Shown here: positions 63,536 to 64,000 of the stretch, one piece after another
How positions within the stretch are numbered: position 1 is the first letter of the stretch
How the letters are laid out: every line of letters starts with the position of its first letter
DNA from: Hemiscyllium ocellatum
Lineage: Eukaryota
Assembly (NCBI RefSeq): GCF_020745735.1
Contig: NC_083422.1
Span: forward strand, 16,120,001 to 16,184,000
Direction: 5' to 3'
DNA length: 64,000 bases
Notes under the pieces: generated by a model
Told to the model about the DNA's origin: nothing
Seen by the model: the letters and a program-made list of their open reading frames with translations, nothing else
The model's database searches: none
Program-made: the position numbers and the translations under genes

Positions 63536-64000
63536 CCAGAACATTCTTCTAACTCTAACAACACAAATCAATTAACGCTTCTAACAAAAAAACTAAAGAA
63601 GAAAAGCTAGGTGTTGAGTTCTCACCAACTTCGTTCCTTGAGATATCATTTTGAGCAACTGAAAAAACTCAAGATACAGGTGAATTTTCTCAGTGAAAGA
63701 TGCTAACTTGAGACAAAATTTAAACTGAACTGCAGGTTCAGATGGAATGGAACAGTCATCCCAATACCTCCAAATCTCTCTCTTTCAGTACACAGAACAA
63801 AATGAGTTCTTTTACAGTCTGTGTTACTTTGAAATGTACAACAAGGAACAGGCCCTTCCGCCTACTGTTGAGACGGAAACCGAATGGTCTCGTCTCTACG
63901 TGTTCGTTGGAAGGAGAGATCAAACCGGCTAGAGTTTGGAGCAAAAACACCGTTTATTACAGAATCAAGACTGGCAAACTATACAACGAATTCAAAAGCA

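Noticed and set aside
1-64000. Exons of the usual IFIT neighbours (LIPA, CH25H, SLC16A12, PANK1)
   Set aside because: None recognised, although short exons could be missed by eye.

Overview
Vertebrate genomic DNA, very probably a shark or other elasmobranch (inferred from HE1/V-SINE-like SINEs, CR1/HER1-type LINEs and Penelope-like elements). The only host genes I can support are three tandem + strand IFIT5-like antiviral TPR genes, here called A, B and C. Each has the typical IFIT layout of a tiny first coding exon (ATGAG|gt) spliced to one large exon: A 19407-19411 + 26619-28071; B 32988-32992 + 36643-37993; C 49345-49349 + 51768-53220. B and C have clear ISRE arrays, while the aligned site in A is mutated in all three GTTTC cores. 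A has a B-like promoter but a C-like coding exon and 3' flank, which points to chimerism or gene conversion. B carries an in-frame TGA with an intact 27-codon C-terminus behind it. The rest of the window is repeat-derived. It holds at least four families of Penelope-like elements whose tails carry minimal hammerhead-ribozyme motifs and which repeatedly form tail-out inverted structures flanked by target-site duplications (TSDs) of up to 15 bp; one is a 2.4-kb element with ~0.9-kb inverted arms just upstream of gene A. CR1, Tx1, RTE, Harbinger, SINE and nested solo-LTR-like fragments are also present. There are three assembly gaps between 6628 and 7498. Repeat boundaries were read by eye and are approximate, and human IFIT comparisons are from memory and need checking by alignment.
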